DNA of 64,000 bases from positions 292,248 through 356,247 of the forward strand of contig JAVKJW010000001.1 of the NCBI GenBank assembly GCA_031458695.1, in the 5' to 3' direction. Shown here in pieces: positions 18,720 through 28,815 of this stretch; position 1 is the first letter of the stretch; each line of letters starts with the position of its first letter. Source of the DNA: Candidatus Thermofontivivens primus. GTDB taxonomy: Bacteria; Sysuimicrobiota; Sysuimicrobiia; Sysuimicrobiales; Thermofontiviventaceae. The notes beneath the pieces are model-generated. The model had not been told where the DNA came from. It worked only from the letters and a program-made list of their open reading frames with translations, and made no database searches. A program made the translations under genes and the position numbers.

Positions 18720-19994
18720 TTAGAACCCTAGCCAGTTCGGCCTCCGCTCTACACTGATGGAAGAGTTCAGGGTGATCCTCCCCTTCTTGATCACGAAGAT
18801 CCGCGTCGTCGTGGAGGGCCGGTGATCGTCAGCGGTAATACTGATCCGTGGCGCGAGCCCTTCGGGATCCCACCCGCGGATGCTCTCCAGGGCCGCCTTA
18901 ATCGCCGGGCCGGTGATCCCTCCATAGGTCCGCGTATAGGTGTCGTAGTTCTCCACGATGATCTCTAGCGCCCGTTTCAGGAGGTAGACGTTCATCCACC
19001 CCCGGATGTAAGAGGCGATGAAAGGCGTCTGCGTCGTCCCCCACTGGAAGTTCGGCTCTTTCCCGTAGAACCGGCGCAGGGCGTCGAACATCTTCTTCAT
19101 CCCGGGGACCGGCTCCCCATAGTAGGCGTGCGGCGTGTTCCCGTACACGCCCTCGGCGGCGGCTCCTGCGAGCTTGAGGAGGTTCTCGTCATATCCCCAC
19201 ACGTTCACTCCAAAGCGCGTGCGCAGCCCCAGGGCTTTGGCGTCCCGGATGATCACTGCCGTGGAGTTGGTCGTCCCGCCGATCCAGGCGAAGTCCGCTC
19301 CAAAGGACTTGACACCGAGCAATTGGGAGCGGGCCTCCAGGGCGGTGAGGGCCACGATTTGATCCGGCCCGATCTCGAAGCCTAGCTCTTTCGCGTACTC
19401 CTTTCCTGCGGGGATAGGGGCGCGGCCGTAGGGGACGTCCGGGTAGATGAACACAATCTTAGGGTTCTTGACCCCCTCCTTCTCGGCAAGGCCCTTGAAG
19501 AACTTGAGCATGCCGCGGAGTTGGTCGGAGTAGCTCGTGATAGGGTAAAAGTTGTAGGGAGCTTTCTTCGGGTCGTCCAGGTGGGAAGAGTAGCTCGCTG
19601 AGATATAAGGGATCCGGTCCTTGGCTACCTCGCGTGTGAGTGCCTCGGTGTCCCCGGTCCCCCATCCAATGATGGCGGTGACACGGTCGACGTCCCGGTA
19701 CTTCCGATAGAGGGCCACAGCTTCAGGGATCTTGTACCCGTAATCAGACCAGACGAAATCAAGCTTGACCTTCCCACGGATCCCGCCTTCGATCTCGTTG
19801 ATGTACCGGATGTGGTCGAGTGCCCCCTTGCTGTAATCCACACCTACGTCGGAGGTGGGGCCGCTGGTATCGAAGATCCCTCCGATCTTCACGCTTGATG
19901 GAATGGCCTGCTGTGCGTGGAGCTGGTTGCCCCCCAACAGAAACGCAACACCGAGGGCAAGGAGTGTCACCCATCGCTTCACCCAATGGTCCAT
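18720..19994 (-). CDS. HAAT ABC substrate-binding protein
   Basis: Signal peptide; KIGGIFDTSGPTSDVG; GWGTGDTEAL. Confidence 0.85.
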   Translation of the reverse strand: MDHWVKRWVTLLALGVAFLLGGNQLHAQQAIPSSVKIGGIFDTSGPTSDVGVDYSKGALDHIRYINEIEGGIRGKVKLDFVWSDYGYKIPEAVALYRKYRDVDRVTAIIGWGTGDTEALTREVAKDRIPYISASYSSHLDDPKKAPYNFYPITSYSDQLRGMLKFFKGLAEKEGVKNPKIVFIYPDVPYGRAPIPAGKEYAKELGFEIGPDQIVALTALEARSQLLGVKSFGADFAWIGGTTNSTAVIIRDAKALGLRTRFGVNVWGYDENLLKLAGAAAEGVYGNTPHAYYGEPVPGMKKMFDALRRFYGKEPNFQWGTTQTPFIASYIRGWMNVYLLKRALEIIVENYDTYTRTYGGITGPAIKAALESIRGWDPEGLAPRISITADDHRPSTTTRIFVIKKGRITLNSSISVERRPNWLGF

Positions 19995-20231
19995 GGTTTC
20001 CCCCCTCTGCGAGTTGACTGACCCCGCGTTCGGCTTTGGCGGAGATTTGAAAGCTTGCATTCGACATCCTTTGGCGCTTCCCCTTCACACAGCGTGTCTG
20101 AGCCTGGGTCCACCTTTCACTTCCAGTGCCTCGGCTTCGACCTACCCCTCCGCCGCTTGCAAGGGAAGTTCCTGGGAAGCGGAGGACAGCAGTTTCGGAA
20201 TCGCCTGACTGGTGAGGCGTAGCGACCGAGA

Positions 20232-20260
20232 TTGACACCCAAATGGCCCCATGGTAGAAT
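20232..20260 (+). promoter_or_regulatory. Sigma70 promoter of rplU-rpmA
   Basis: TTGACA, 17-bp spacer, TAGAAT with extended TG. Confidence 0.8.
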
Positions 20261-20283
20261 CCGGAAGGTCGGAGGTGGCAACA

Positions 20284-20628
20284 TTGTACGCGATCGTGGA
20301 GGCCAAGGGGAAGCAGTATCGGGTTGAAGAGGGCATGGTCCTGTGCGTGGACAAGCTACCGGAAGAACCTGGTCAGGAGGTTCTGCTTGACCAGGTTCTC
20401 CTGATTGCAGAGGGGGATCGGATTACTGTCGGAAAGCCTGTCGTGGAAGGGGCTAGGGTTGTGGCCAGAGTCCTGGGGCACGGGAGGCACAAGAAGATCC
20501 GGGGTCTCAAATATAAGCCCAAGGTACGCTATCGGAGAAGGTTTGGTCACCGCCAGCCTTATACCGAGATCCGGATCGAGAGGATTGAGTTCGCCTCTGG
20601 AGGAGAAACCTCCAACCAGTCCGGCTAA
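20284..20628 (+). CDS. rplU: 50S ribosomal protein L21
   Basis: TTG start after GGAGGT; YAIVEAKGKQYRV...GHRQPYT. Confidence 0.95.
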   Translation: MYAIVEAKGKQYRVEEGMVLCVDKLPEEPGQEVLLDQVLLIAEGDRITVGKPVVEGARVVARVLGHGRHKKIRGLKYKPKVRYRRRFGHRQPYTEIRIERIEFASGGETSNQSG

Positions 20629-20646
20629 GGTCGGGGGGGATGCGTG

Positions 20647-20901
20647 ATGGCCCATAAGAAAGGTGGAGGGAGCACTAGGAACGGGCGCGACAGCCCAGGA
20701 CAGAGGCTCGGGGTTAAGCGGTTCGCCGGCGAGTTCGTCCGTGCCGGTCATATTCTGGTCCGGCAGAGAGGGACGCGGATCAAACCCGGAGTGAATGTAG
20801 GAATCGGGCGGGATTTTACGCTTTTCGCCCTGACCGATGGGATCGTTGTATTCGAGCGGAGGGGGCGTGACAGCCGGGTTGTTAGTGTGGTCCCGGTTTG
20901 A
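20647..20901 (+). CDS. rpmA: 50S ribosomal protein L27
   Basis: [16 protein letters not shown]; no N-terminal extension and no prp gene. Confidence 0.97.
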   Translation: MAHKKGGGSTRNGRDSPGQRLGVKRFAGEFVRAGHILVRQRGTRIKPGVNVGIGRDFTLFALTDGIVVFERRGRDSRVVSVVPV

Positions 20902-21092
20902 GGAGAGCAGAACGTCTCTTTTCTCACGAGCACTCCCACAAACTGCACTGCAATTTCGTAGGGGGGAAATGGAGCCCGTCGAAATTTTGTGAGAAGGGTT
21001 CGCTGGACTCGTTCATGATGCCAAGAGGACACGCGATCAGGGGCCCCAGCGAGCCCCTTTCTGTTTTTCCCAGGGGAGCAAGAAGCGGAGCC

Positions 21093-22097
21093 ATGTTTGT
21101 GGACAGAGCTGTGATCTATGTAAAAGGCGGCAATGGGGGACGCGGATGTATCAGCTTCCATCGGGAAAAGTTCCGCCCCCGTGGGGGACCTGACGGTGGC
21201 GACGGGGGTCGGGGTGGGAACGTGGTCCTGATCGCCGATGAGGGCATGCATAGCCTTCTCGATTTCCAGTACCGGCGTCACTTCCGGGCCGAAGACGGTG
21301 GTCATGGCCAGGGGAACAACCGCCATGGGAAGGATGGGGAGGATTTGGTGATCCGGGTCCCTGCGGGTACCATCGTGCGGGATCAAGCAACTGGAGTGGT
21401 GCTGGCCGACCTCACCGTCCATGGGCAGAAGGCAGTGGTCGCGAGGGGGGGAAGGGGAGGAAGAGGGAATGCGCGCTTCGCAACGTCGACGCGGCAGGCA
21501 CCCATGTTTGCGGAGCCTGGGGAAAAGGGGGAGGAGCGATGGATTGAGTTAGAATTGCGATTGCTGGCCGATGTGGGGCTCATCGGCATGCCGAACGCGG
21601 GGAAGTCCACGCTCCTGAGCAAGGTCTCCTCTGCCCGGCCGAAGATTGCCGACTATCCTTTCACTACGATTCACCCGAACCTGGGTGTGGTGACGAGGGA
21701 GGATGGGAGGAGATTGGTGATGGCGGACATCCCCGGCCTTATCGAGGGTGCGCATCGCGGGGCAGGGATGGGCCACGACTTCCTCCGGCATATCCAGAGG
21801 ACGCGTATCCTCGTACACATCCTCGACCTTTCTGCACCGCGGGACCCCCTCGGGGACTTTTCTGCAATCAACAGAGAACTGGAGCTCTACGACCCCTCCC
21901 TGACTTCCCGCCCAATGGTGGTGGCTCTCAACAAGATCGACCTTCCTGAGGCGAGGGCCCGTGTGGAGGAAGTGGCTTCTGTACTTCATGCGCAGGGATT
22001 TCGGTGTTTCCCCATCTCCGCGCTGACGGGGGAGGGCGTCTCGTCCCTGCTCGATGCTCTGTTCGCTCTTCTGGCGCCTCCGGCACAAGCCTCTTGA
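21093..22097 (+). CDS. obgE: GTPase Obg/CgtA
   Basis: MFVDRAVI, glycine-rich Obg fold, GMPNAGKST, DIPG, NKID. Confidence 0.96.
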   Translation: MFVDRAVIYVKGGNGGRGCISFHREKFRPRGGPDGGDGGRGGNVVLIADEGMHSLLDFQYRRHFRAEDGGHGQGNNRHGKDGEDLVIRVPAGTIVRDQATGVVLADLTVHGQKAVVARGGRGGRGNARFATSTRQAPMFAEPGEKGEERWIELELRLLADVGLIGMPNAGKSTLLSKVSSARPKIADYPFTTIHPNLGVVTREDGRRLVMADIPGLIEGAHRGAGMGHDFLRHIQRTRILVHILDLSAPRDPLGDFSAINRELELYDPSLTSRPMVVALNKIDLPEARARVEEVASVLHAQGFRCFPISALTGEGVSSLLDALFALLAPPAQAS

Positions 22098-22242
22098 ATC
22101 GGGCAATCCTTACCGGGGCCCTTCCATGGATCAAGCGGTATGTCCTGCGCTCTGATTCTGGCATGGACCTCTAGAGGAGGAAGGGTGAGAGAGAGCGAAA
22201 AGACTTCAAAAGGTCCAGGGAGGTGCATGGATCGGGAGGTTC

Positions 22243-22899
22243 GTGGAGAAGCACGCATCAAAGCGCAGAATCGGACTTATGGGTGGGACGTTTGATCCCA
22301 TCCACTTCGGTCACCTGGTTACTGCGGAGGAAGCCCGCGTCCAGTTCTCCCTGGAGAGAGTGATCTTCATTCCCAACCGGCATCCTCCCCTCAAGGACCC
22401 CCGCGAGGTTACCGATCCTGAACACCGTTACCTCATGACCGTCCTCGCCACGGTAGGGAACCCTTACTTCACCGTCTCGCGGATTGAGATCGACAGGCCT
22501 GGGCCTTCGTACACCATCGATACACTTCGAGCATTTCTCCAAATTTACCCGGATGCGGACCTCTTCTTCATCACCGGGGCCGATGCCCTCTTGCAGATCC
22601 TCCGGGGGATGTGGCATGGGGCCAGGGAGTTGCTGCAGATGTGCCAGTTCATTGCAGCTTCTCGACCTGGGTATATCCTGGACAGGGAGCAGCTTGAGCG
22701 GAATAATCTCACCGGGAACGACCTTCGGAACGTCCACGCCATGACGATCCCTGCGCTGGCTATCTCCTCCACCGATATCCGGGAGAGGGTGCGGCAAGGA
22801 CGGCCAATCAAATATCTTGTTCCCGAGCCGGTGGAGGACTATATTTTCAAACATGGACTTTACCGCCCAAAGGCGGCAGGAGAGGGAGAAGGAGGGTAG
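22243..22899 (+). CDS. nadD: Nicotinate-nucleotide adenylyltransferase
   Basis: [24 protein letters not shown]. Confidence 0.95.
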   Translation: MEKHASKRRIGLMGGTFDPIHFGHLVTAEEARVQFSLERVIFIPNRHPPLKDPREVTDPEHRYLMTVLATVGNPYFTVSRIEIDRPGPSYTIDTLRAFLQIYPDADLFFITGADALLQILRGMWHGARELLQMCQFIAASRPGYILDREQLERNNLTGNDLRNVHAMTIPALAISSTDIRERVRQGRPIKYLVPEPVEDYIFKHGLYRPKAAGEGEGG

Positions 22900-22904
22900 G
22901 ATAT

Positions 22905-23261
22905 TTGGCGAGCGAAGCGCTGGCAAGGGCTCTACGGATTGCAGAGGTGGCGGCGGAGAAAAAAGGCGAGGATATCCTCGTTTTGGACCTGCGGGAACTG
23001 ACCTTGGTGACGGACTATTTCGTCATCTGCACAGGAACAACGACGATCCAAATCAGGGCGATTGCGGAGGCGGTCGAGGAGGCAATGTCGAAGGAAGGCC
23101 GGCATCCCCTGGGAAGGGAGGGTCTAGAGGATGGGCGGTGGGTCCTGCTGGACTATGGGGATGTGGTCGTCCACCTGTTCGCCCCCGAGGAGCGCAAGTA
23201 TTACAAACTGGAGCGCCTCTGGGGGGATGCAGAGCGCGTGGATTGGGAACAAAAGGGATAG
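22905..23261 (+). CDS. rsfS: Ribosome silencing factor
   Basis: DYFVICTG, WVLLDYGDVVVH, YKLERLWGD; TTG start. Confidence 0.95.
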   Translation: MASEALARALRIAEVAAEKKGEDILVLDLRELTLVTDYFVICTGTTTIQIRAIAEAVEEAMSKEGRHPLGREGLEDGRWVLLDYGDVVVHLFAPEERKYYKLERLWGDAERVDWEQKG

Positions 23262-23308
23262 GAAGGATCCTCAGCGAACGCGAGAAGACTTGTTGCCGGG
23301 GTATTGAG

Positions 23309-24247
23309 ATGAAGGTCAATCTGCGCAAGGCAACAGCGCAAGACATCCCGGTGCTTGTGGACATCTATGAGCGGGCCTACTTGGGAGGGTATTCCGCCTG
23401 CTTCGACAAGTACGGAGCGGTGACGCCCCAGGACTTCTGGTGGGTTCAATCGGAGAAAGAGGTATACTTGCTGGAAGTGAACAGGCGTCCCATCGGCCTT
23501 GTGATCATTGGGAAGGATGAGGGCAGGCTGGTTGTGGAGGAGCTCATTGGAGAGGCCGGTAGTGGGCGCCCATCTCCGCTGAGGGCTGGGGGAGAAGCAG
23601 AGACGCTGATCCACCGTGTGTACACTTTCCTGAGTCGAAAGTTTCAGGAGGAGCGGCAAGATCTCCTCCTCTTGCGAGCCGCGGAGAGCAACTCCTTCGC
23701 CCTCTCGCTGGCTCATCGCTTCGCCTTTACCTTCTCCAACGCGCTCGTGGTGATGAGCCGGAACCTCTCAGGGAAGATCCCCGTGGAGATCCCTGAGGGA
23801 TACAACATCCGACAGGCAGGTCTGGAGGACGTGACGCACATCGCCAGGATGTCTCAGGAATGTTTGGAGGACCCGTTCAAACCGGAGGACATTCGCAAGT
23901 TCCTCACCCGGCCATCCCACCGGGGATTCCTGGCCGTCCACGTTGGCGAAGCCTCGGCCCCTAAGGGGTTCCTTGCAGGGAGCACCGGGGAGTATCCTGT
24001 CGGCTTCCTCCTGGTGCAGGTGCGAGATGGGCAGGTAGGGGAGATGGTTGTGGGTGTCCGGGAGTACCACCGGGGAAAGGGATTGGGGAAGGCGTTGGGG
24101 AATCTCGGGCTGAATTTCCTCTCCCGGAGGCACGTATCCCGGGTCTTCACAACCCATTGGGCGCTCAACCCTCTCGCCGAGCGGTTCACCCGCCGTCTTG
24201 GGTTCACTCCAGAGCGTGTATACATGTACTTCGAGAAACAGCTTTAA
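23309..24247 (+). CDS. Tandem GNAT-fold acetyltransferase
   Basis: Two LRKAT/IRQAG-type domain starts; acetyl-CoA motif HRGKGLG in the second domain. Confidence 0.65.
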   Translation: MKVNLRKATAQDIPVLVDIYERAYLGGYSACFDKYGAVTPQDFWWVQSEKEVYLLEVNRRPIGLVIIGKDEGRLVVEELIGEAGSGRPSPLRAGGEAETLIHRVYTFLSRKFQEERQDLLLLRAAESNSFALSLAHRFAFTFSNALVVMSRNLSGKIPVEIPEGYNIRQAGLEDVTHIARMSQECLEDPFKPEDIRKFLTRPSHRGFLAVHVGEASAPKGFLAGSTGEYPVGFLLVQVRDGQVGEMVVGVREYHRGKGLGKALGNLGLNFLSRRHVSRVFTTHWALNPLAERFTRRLGFTPERVYMYFEKQL

Positions 24248-24338
24248 AGAAAATCTTTCGCGCTTAGCGGTAGGTACCTTCGACCTTTCCCGTATTCCCT
24301 CGCATACGGGCTTGGCGGCACAAGGGGAGAGCGGCGTG

Positions 24339-24368
24339 TTGACGGGGGAAATGGGGATGTGGTATACT
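24339..24368 (+). promoter_or_regulatory. Sigma70 promoter of the infC operon
   Basis: TTGACG, 18-bp spacer, TATACT with extended TG. Confidence 0.75.
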
Positions 24369-24439
24369 GTCGGCGCTTTACCGCGGAGGCAGCCTTCAGT
24401 ATACTGGAACTAGAACTTGGCCTCCCGGGAGGGAAAGGT

Positions 24440-24955
24440 ATCGAGCGAGAACATCGGGTAAACGAGCGGATCCGAGCACGGGAGCTCCGCGTCATTGGGC
24501 CCGATGGGCAGCAGCTGGGGATTATGCCCCTACGCGAAGCCCTGCGGATTGCCCAGGAGTATGGCCTTGACCTTGTTGAGGTTTCCCCGACGGCCCAGCC
24601 TCCCGTTGCCAAGATCATGGACTATGGGAAGTACAAGTACGAGCAGAGCAAACGGGAACGGGAGGCACATCGGAAGCACAAGCAGTTCGAGATCAAAGGG
24701 ATGCGGTTGAGTCCGAAGATCGGGGAGCACGACTTTCAGATCAAGGCAAAGCATGTGTACGAATTTCTGAAGGGAGGAAATAAGGTCAAGGTCTCTATGT
24801 GGTTCCGGGGGCGGGAGATGGCGCACCCAAAGTTTGGCGAGCAGATCCTCCACCGCCTGGCGGAGATGGTTTCGGAAGTTGGACAAGTCGAACGACCCCC
24901 TCAGTTTGAGGGGCGGAATATGGTGATGGTCCTGGCCCCCAAGAAGACCTCGTAG
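24440..24955 (+). CDS. infC: Translation initiation factor IF-3 (ATC start)
   Basis: ATC after GGAGGG; HRVNERIRAREL, KIMDYGKYKYE, FRGRE. Confidence 0.95.
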   Translation: MEREHRVNERIRARELRVIGPDGQQLGIMPLREALRIAQEYGLDLVEVSPTAQPPVAKIMDYGKYKYEQSKREREAHRKHKQFEIKGMRLSPKIGEHDFQIKAKHVYEFLKGGNKVKVSMWFRGREMAHPKFGEQILHRLAEMVSEVGQVERPPQFEGRNMVMVLAPKKTS

Positions 24956-24968
24956 GGGGAACGTGTAC

Positions 24969-25169
24969 ATGGGAAAGGCAAAGACACATCAGGGAGCAGC
25001 GAAGCGGATCAAGGTGACAGGTTCGGGGAAGCTCCTGCGCCGGCACCAGATGATCTCGCACCTCCGCATGAAGAAGCGGAGCAAACGGATGCGAGTATTG
25101 AAGGTACCGGCATCTGTTCACCCTGCGGACCTCAAGAGGGTGGAACGTCTGATCCCTTTCAAGGGCTGA
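24969..25169 (+). CDS. rpmI: 50S ribosomal protein L35
   Basis: KAKTHQGAAKRIKVTGSGK. Confidence 0.95.
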   Translation: MGKAKTHQGAAKRIKVTGSGKLLRRHQMISHLRMKKRSKRMRVLKVPASVHPADLKRVERLIPFKG

Positions 25170-25193
25170 CCCGGTAGGAGGGAAAGGGAGATC

Positions 25194-25553
25194 ATGGCAC
25201 GCGTCAAGCGCGGGGTTACCGCCCGTCGCAGACACAAGAAGATCCTCAAGTTGGCCAAGGGGTACTGGGGTAAGCACAGCCGGTGGTTCAAGCTGGCCAA
25301 CCAGTACGTGATGCGGGCCCTTCACGCCGCCTATCGCGATCGGAGGCTCCGGAAGCGCGAGTTCCGAAGGTTGTGGATCGCCCGCATCAACGCCATCTGT
25401 CGCGAACACGGCTTCACCTATAGCACCTTCATCAGGGCCCTGCGCAGGGAGGGGATCCATCTGAACCGAAAGGCTCTGGCGGATCTCGCCGTAAGAGACC
25501 GGCAGGCGTTCTCCGGGCTTATTGAGCAGGTCAAGGAGAGCATACAGAGATAA
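25194..25553 (+). CDS. rplT: 50S ribosomal protein L20
   Basis: MARVKRG...RKREFRRLWIARIN. Confidence 0.97.
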   Translation: MARVKRGVTARRRHKKILKLAKGYWGKHSRWFKLANQYVMRALHAAYRDRRLRKREFRRLWIARINAICREHGFTYSTFIRALRREGIHLNRKALADLAVRDRQAFSGLIEQVKESIQR

Positions 25554-25573
25554 GGTCCCCCTTCCCAGAACCT

Positions 25574-26929
25574 ATGGCAAAAGTGCTACACTTCCCCGTG
25601 CGGGAAGCATACCGCAGGCTTGAGCTCAATCCGGCCCAGACCATTGTCCTGGGATTTGCCTTGACTGTCTTCATCGGTGTCGTCCTCTTGAGCCTGCCTT
25701 TCTCCACAGCTGACGGTAAGGGCGCTCCCTTGCTTACTGCCCTCTTCACAGCGACTTCCGCAACCTGTGTGACCGGGCTCGTTGTCGTGGATACAGCGGA
25801 CTATTACTCCCTATTTGGCGAGCTCGTAGTCCTGCTCCTCATCCAGGTTGGAGGTCTCGGCTACATGACCTCCGCCACGCTGTTCAGCATTCTGGTGGGT
25901 AAGCGCATCGGTCTCCGTGAGCGGATCATTCTTATGGAAGCGTATAACCTCGACACCCTCGGGGGGGTTGTGAGGCTGACCAGGAACATCGTCCTCATGG
26001 CCCTGGCGTTTGAGGGGATCGGAGTGGTCCTTTTATCCCTCCGCTGGATTCCCGAGTTCGGGGTGTGGCGCGGGTTATACTATAGCTTGTTCCACGCTGT
26101 CTCCGCATTCAACAATGCCGGATTCGACCTCATGGGGAATTTCCGGAGTTTCACCCAGTATGTGGTAGACCCTTATGTCAACCTGGTGGTGAGCGCTCTC
26201 ATTATTGCCGGAGGCCTTGGATTCATCGTTCTCATCAACCTCCCCCGTTTCCCAAGGGTCAACCTGCACGCGAAGGTCGTCCTGACAACTTCAGCAGCGC
26301 TCATTGGGGTTGGCACCCTGTCGATCTTTCTCCTGGAGGGAAAGAATCCCCTCACGTTGGGGAAACTTCCACCTGCAGGGAAGCTGTTGGCGGCGTTCTT
26401 CCAGAGCGTCACCCCCAGGACGGCAGGATTCAGCACCCTGGATATCGCTCACTTCCGGGAGCCCACTCTCCTCCTCCTGAGCGTGCTCATGTTCATCGGG
26501 GCCTCCCCAGGGGGAACGGGAGGGGGGATCAAGACGACGACGTTCGCGGTTCTCCTTGCAGCAATCTGGACGATGATCCGTGGGAGGCAGGATGTAGAGA
26601 TCTACAACCGGCGGGTCCCGTCGGTCGTCATTTATAAAGCGCTGACCATTGCCCTTGTCGCCGTCGCCCTCGTTGTCACCATGACGATCCTGCTAGCCAC
26701 TCTGGAGAGGTCCAAAGTGGTCCCTGCGCTGTTCGAAGTAACCTCGGCATTTGGTACAGTAGGACTTACCACAGGGATCACCCCGCGTCTCACGGCAGCG
26801 GGAAAGGTCCTGCTCATCGTCACCATGTTCCTGGGAAGGGTGGGGCTCCTGACTTTCACCCTGGCGTTCATGAGGCGGCAGGCTCCCATGCGGTACAGGT
26901 ATCCCGAAGAGCGCGTCCTCGTAGGGTGA
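25574..26929 (+). CDS. ktrB: KtrB/TrkH K+ uptake membrane subunit
   Basis: SATCVTGL, SAFNNAGF, PRTAGF, GTGGGIKTTT, SAFGTVGL. Confidence 0.92.
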   Translation: MAKVLHFPVREAYRRLELNPAQTIVLGFALTVFIGVVLLSLPFSTADGKGAPLLTALFTATSATCVTGLVVVDTADYYSLFGELVVLLLIQVGGLGYMTSATLFSILVGKRIGLRERIILMEAYNLDTLGGVVRLTRNIVLMALAFEGIGVVLLSLRWIPEFGVWRGLYYSLFHAVSAFNNAGFDLMGNFRSFTQYVVDPYVNLVVSALIIAGGLGFIVLINLPRFPRVNLHAKVVLTTSAALIGVGTLSIFLLEGKNPLTLGKLPPAGKLLAAFFQSVTPRTAGFSTLDIAHFREPTLLLLSVLMFIGASPGGTGGGIKTTTFAVLLAAIWTMIRGRQDVEIYNRRVPSVVIYKALTIALVAVALVVTMTILLATLERSKVVPALFEVTSAFGTVGLTTGITPRLTAAGKVLLIVTMFLGRVGLLTFTLAFMRRQAPMRYRYPEERVLVG

Positions 26930-26977
26930 GGGGAGGAACGGAGATCCTGGGATATTGCGAATGGAAGAAGTGGAGGG

Positions 26978-27631
26978 ATGGGTATGGACTTCGCAGTGAT
27001 CGGCCTGGGCCGGTTTGGCTCCAGTGTCGCTAAGACCTTGCACCAACTCGGCCACAATGTCCTCGCTCTTGATAAAGACGAGCACGCGGTGAATGCCATC
27101 ATGGAACATGTCACCCAGGCCATGCAAATCGACTCGACCGATCCAGAGGCGTTGAAGGCGGTGGGGATCACCAACTTCGATGCAGTGATCGTCGCCATTG
27201 GGGTGAACATCCAAGAGAGCATCCTCACCACGTTGATCCTCAAGGAGCTGGGCGTAAAAAAGGTGATTGCCAAGGCAGTGGATGAGCTCCAAGGGAAGGT
27301 CCTGGAGAAAGTCGGGGCGGACATGGTCGTCTTCCCGGAGCGAGATATGGGCGTCCGCCTCGCACACACCCTCTGCTCGCCCAACGTGATCGATTTCCTG
27401 CAGCTTACCCCAGAGTACAGCGTAGAGGAGGTTGTCGTCCCTGAGAAGTTCGATGGAAAGTCCCTGAAGGATCTCGATCTGCGGGCCCGCTTCGGCGTGA
27501 ATGTCCTCCTGATCAGGCGGGACAGCGAATTGATCATTTCCCCGGCGGGCGAGACCATCCTGCGGTGTGGGGACATCCTGATTGTGGTAGGGGAGAACCG
27601 CCAGCTCAGCAGGTTGGAGGCCTTCCTCTGA
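26978..27631 (+). CDS. ktrA: KtrA/TrkA RCK subunit
   Basis: FAVIGLGRFG, FPERDMG, RCK_C domain. Confidence 0.92.
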   Translation: MGMDFAVIGLGRFGSSVAKTLHQLGHNVLALDKDEHAVNAIMEHVTQAMQIDSTDPEALKAVGITNFDAVIVAIGVNIQESILTTLILKELGVKKVIAKAVDELQGKVLEKVGADMVVFPERDMGVRLAHTLCSPNVIDFLQLTPEYSVEEVVVPEKFDGKSLKDLDLRARFGVNVLLIRRDSELIISPAGETILRCGDILIVVGENRQLSRLEAFL

Positions 27632-27703
27632 GGAACCCTGGTCAACACCTCATGAGGAGATCTTGCTGAGGGTTTGGAGAAGGGGAAAGCGGTTCCACCG
27701 TCT

Positions 27704-28540
27704 ATGCGCGAAGTCATTACCAGCACCAGGAATCCCCTGGTGAAAAGGCTGAGAGCCCTGCACCATCGGAAGAACAGGGACCTGTCCGGCCGGTTTCTGG
27801 TAGAAGGGATCCGGACCGTGGAGACGGCCCTGCGGGCTGGTGCCCCCGTCGAAGAAATCGTCTACGTTCCCAACCTTCTGGAAGGCGCGCGGGGGGAACA
27901 TCTCTTCGCCTTGGCCCGCGCCCGTGGGATTCCCCTCACCACCGTCAGCGAACGTGTCCTCGATGCCATCGCCGATACCAAGACCCCTTCGGGAGTCGTA
28001 GCAGTGGCACGGATCGAGAGACCGGACTTCCGGCACCTGGTAGATTCCGCGCCCACCCTGGTCGTTGCAGACAGGATCCAGGATCCTGGGAACCTAGGCA
28101 CGATCATTCGCATCGCCGATGCTGCGGGCATCGCAGGAGTGCTCGTGACCCCAGGGAGCGTAGATCCTTATAACCCAAAGACCGTGAGGGCAAGCGCCGG
28201 GTCCCTTTTCCACCTGCCTGTTGTAGACCTCGGAGAGGAAGAGGAGGTGGAGGCGTTGGCGCTCCTTCAGAGAAGGGGCGTCAAGGTACTGGTAGCGGAT
28301 GCCCGGGGGGAGAGGGTGTACACTGAGGTGGACTATTCCCCGCCCGTGGCATTGGTCTTGGGGAACGAGGCATCCGGCGTGAGCGAAGTGTGGAGGGCAC
28401 ATTCTCTTCTCACAGTGCGCATCCCGATCTTCGGGAAGGCGGAGTCGCTTAACGTGGCGTCAGCGGCCGCAATCCTCCTCTACGAACTCGCCAGAAAGTT
28501 TCCTCCCTCTACCCTCTCCCACGCCCCTGTGATATACTAA
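27704..28540 (+). CDS. TrmH/SpoU-family RNA methyltransferase
   Basis: QDPGNLGTIIR, LGNEASG, ESLNVA. Confidence 0.9.
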   Translation: MREVITSTRNPLVKRLRALHHRKNRDLSGRFLVEGIRTVETALRAGAPVEEIVYVPNLLEGARGEHLFALARARGIPLTTVSERVLDAIADTKTPSGVVAVARIERPDFRHLVDSAPTLVVADRIQDPGNLGTIIRIADAAGIAGVLVTPGSVDPYNPKTVRASAGSLFHLPVVDLGEEEEVEALALLQRRGVKVLVADARGERVYTEVDYSPPVALVLGNEASGVSEVWRAHSLLTVRIPIFGKAESLNVASAAAILLYELARKFPPSTLSHAPVIY

Positions 28541-28622
28541 GGACAAGCCTTCCAACGAAAACCGCCTGTGCGAGCTGGGAATGGCTGATTCTGGAGCCTA
28601 GCCAGGCAATTGGAGGGGTGGT

Positions 28623-28748
28623 ATGGTGGAGCCTTTATGGACGCCTGAATTCTTCTGGAGGCTATTCGAATCCACCGGATCGATCTGGGCGTACCTGCTC
28701 TACCGCAGGCTCTCCTTGGGAGGCTGGAATCCCGTAGAATGGAACTAA
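28623..28748 (+). CDS. YqzL-like small protein (41 aa), absent from the ORF track
   Basis: GGAGG SD then MVEPLWTPEFFWRLFESTGSIWAYLLYRRLSLGGWNPVEWN; WxxFxxTGxIxxYLLY pattern. Confidence 0.75.
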   Translation: MVEPLWTPEFFWRLFESTGSIWAYLLYRRLSLGGWNPVEWN

Positions 28749-28815
28749 GTACCCGGCAAGTCTTTTCCTGTTGCCGGGAGGAAAATCTATCATGGCCTGT
28801 CGGAGTCAGGCCATG

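Noticed and set aside
21093..22097. Obg truncated at the C-terminus (pseudogene?)
   Set aside because: All G motifs are intact, and short Obg proteins without the C-terminal domain are common.
22098..22242. NAD-sensing riboswitch before nadD
   Set aside because: No recognisable aptamer consensus.
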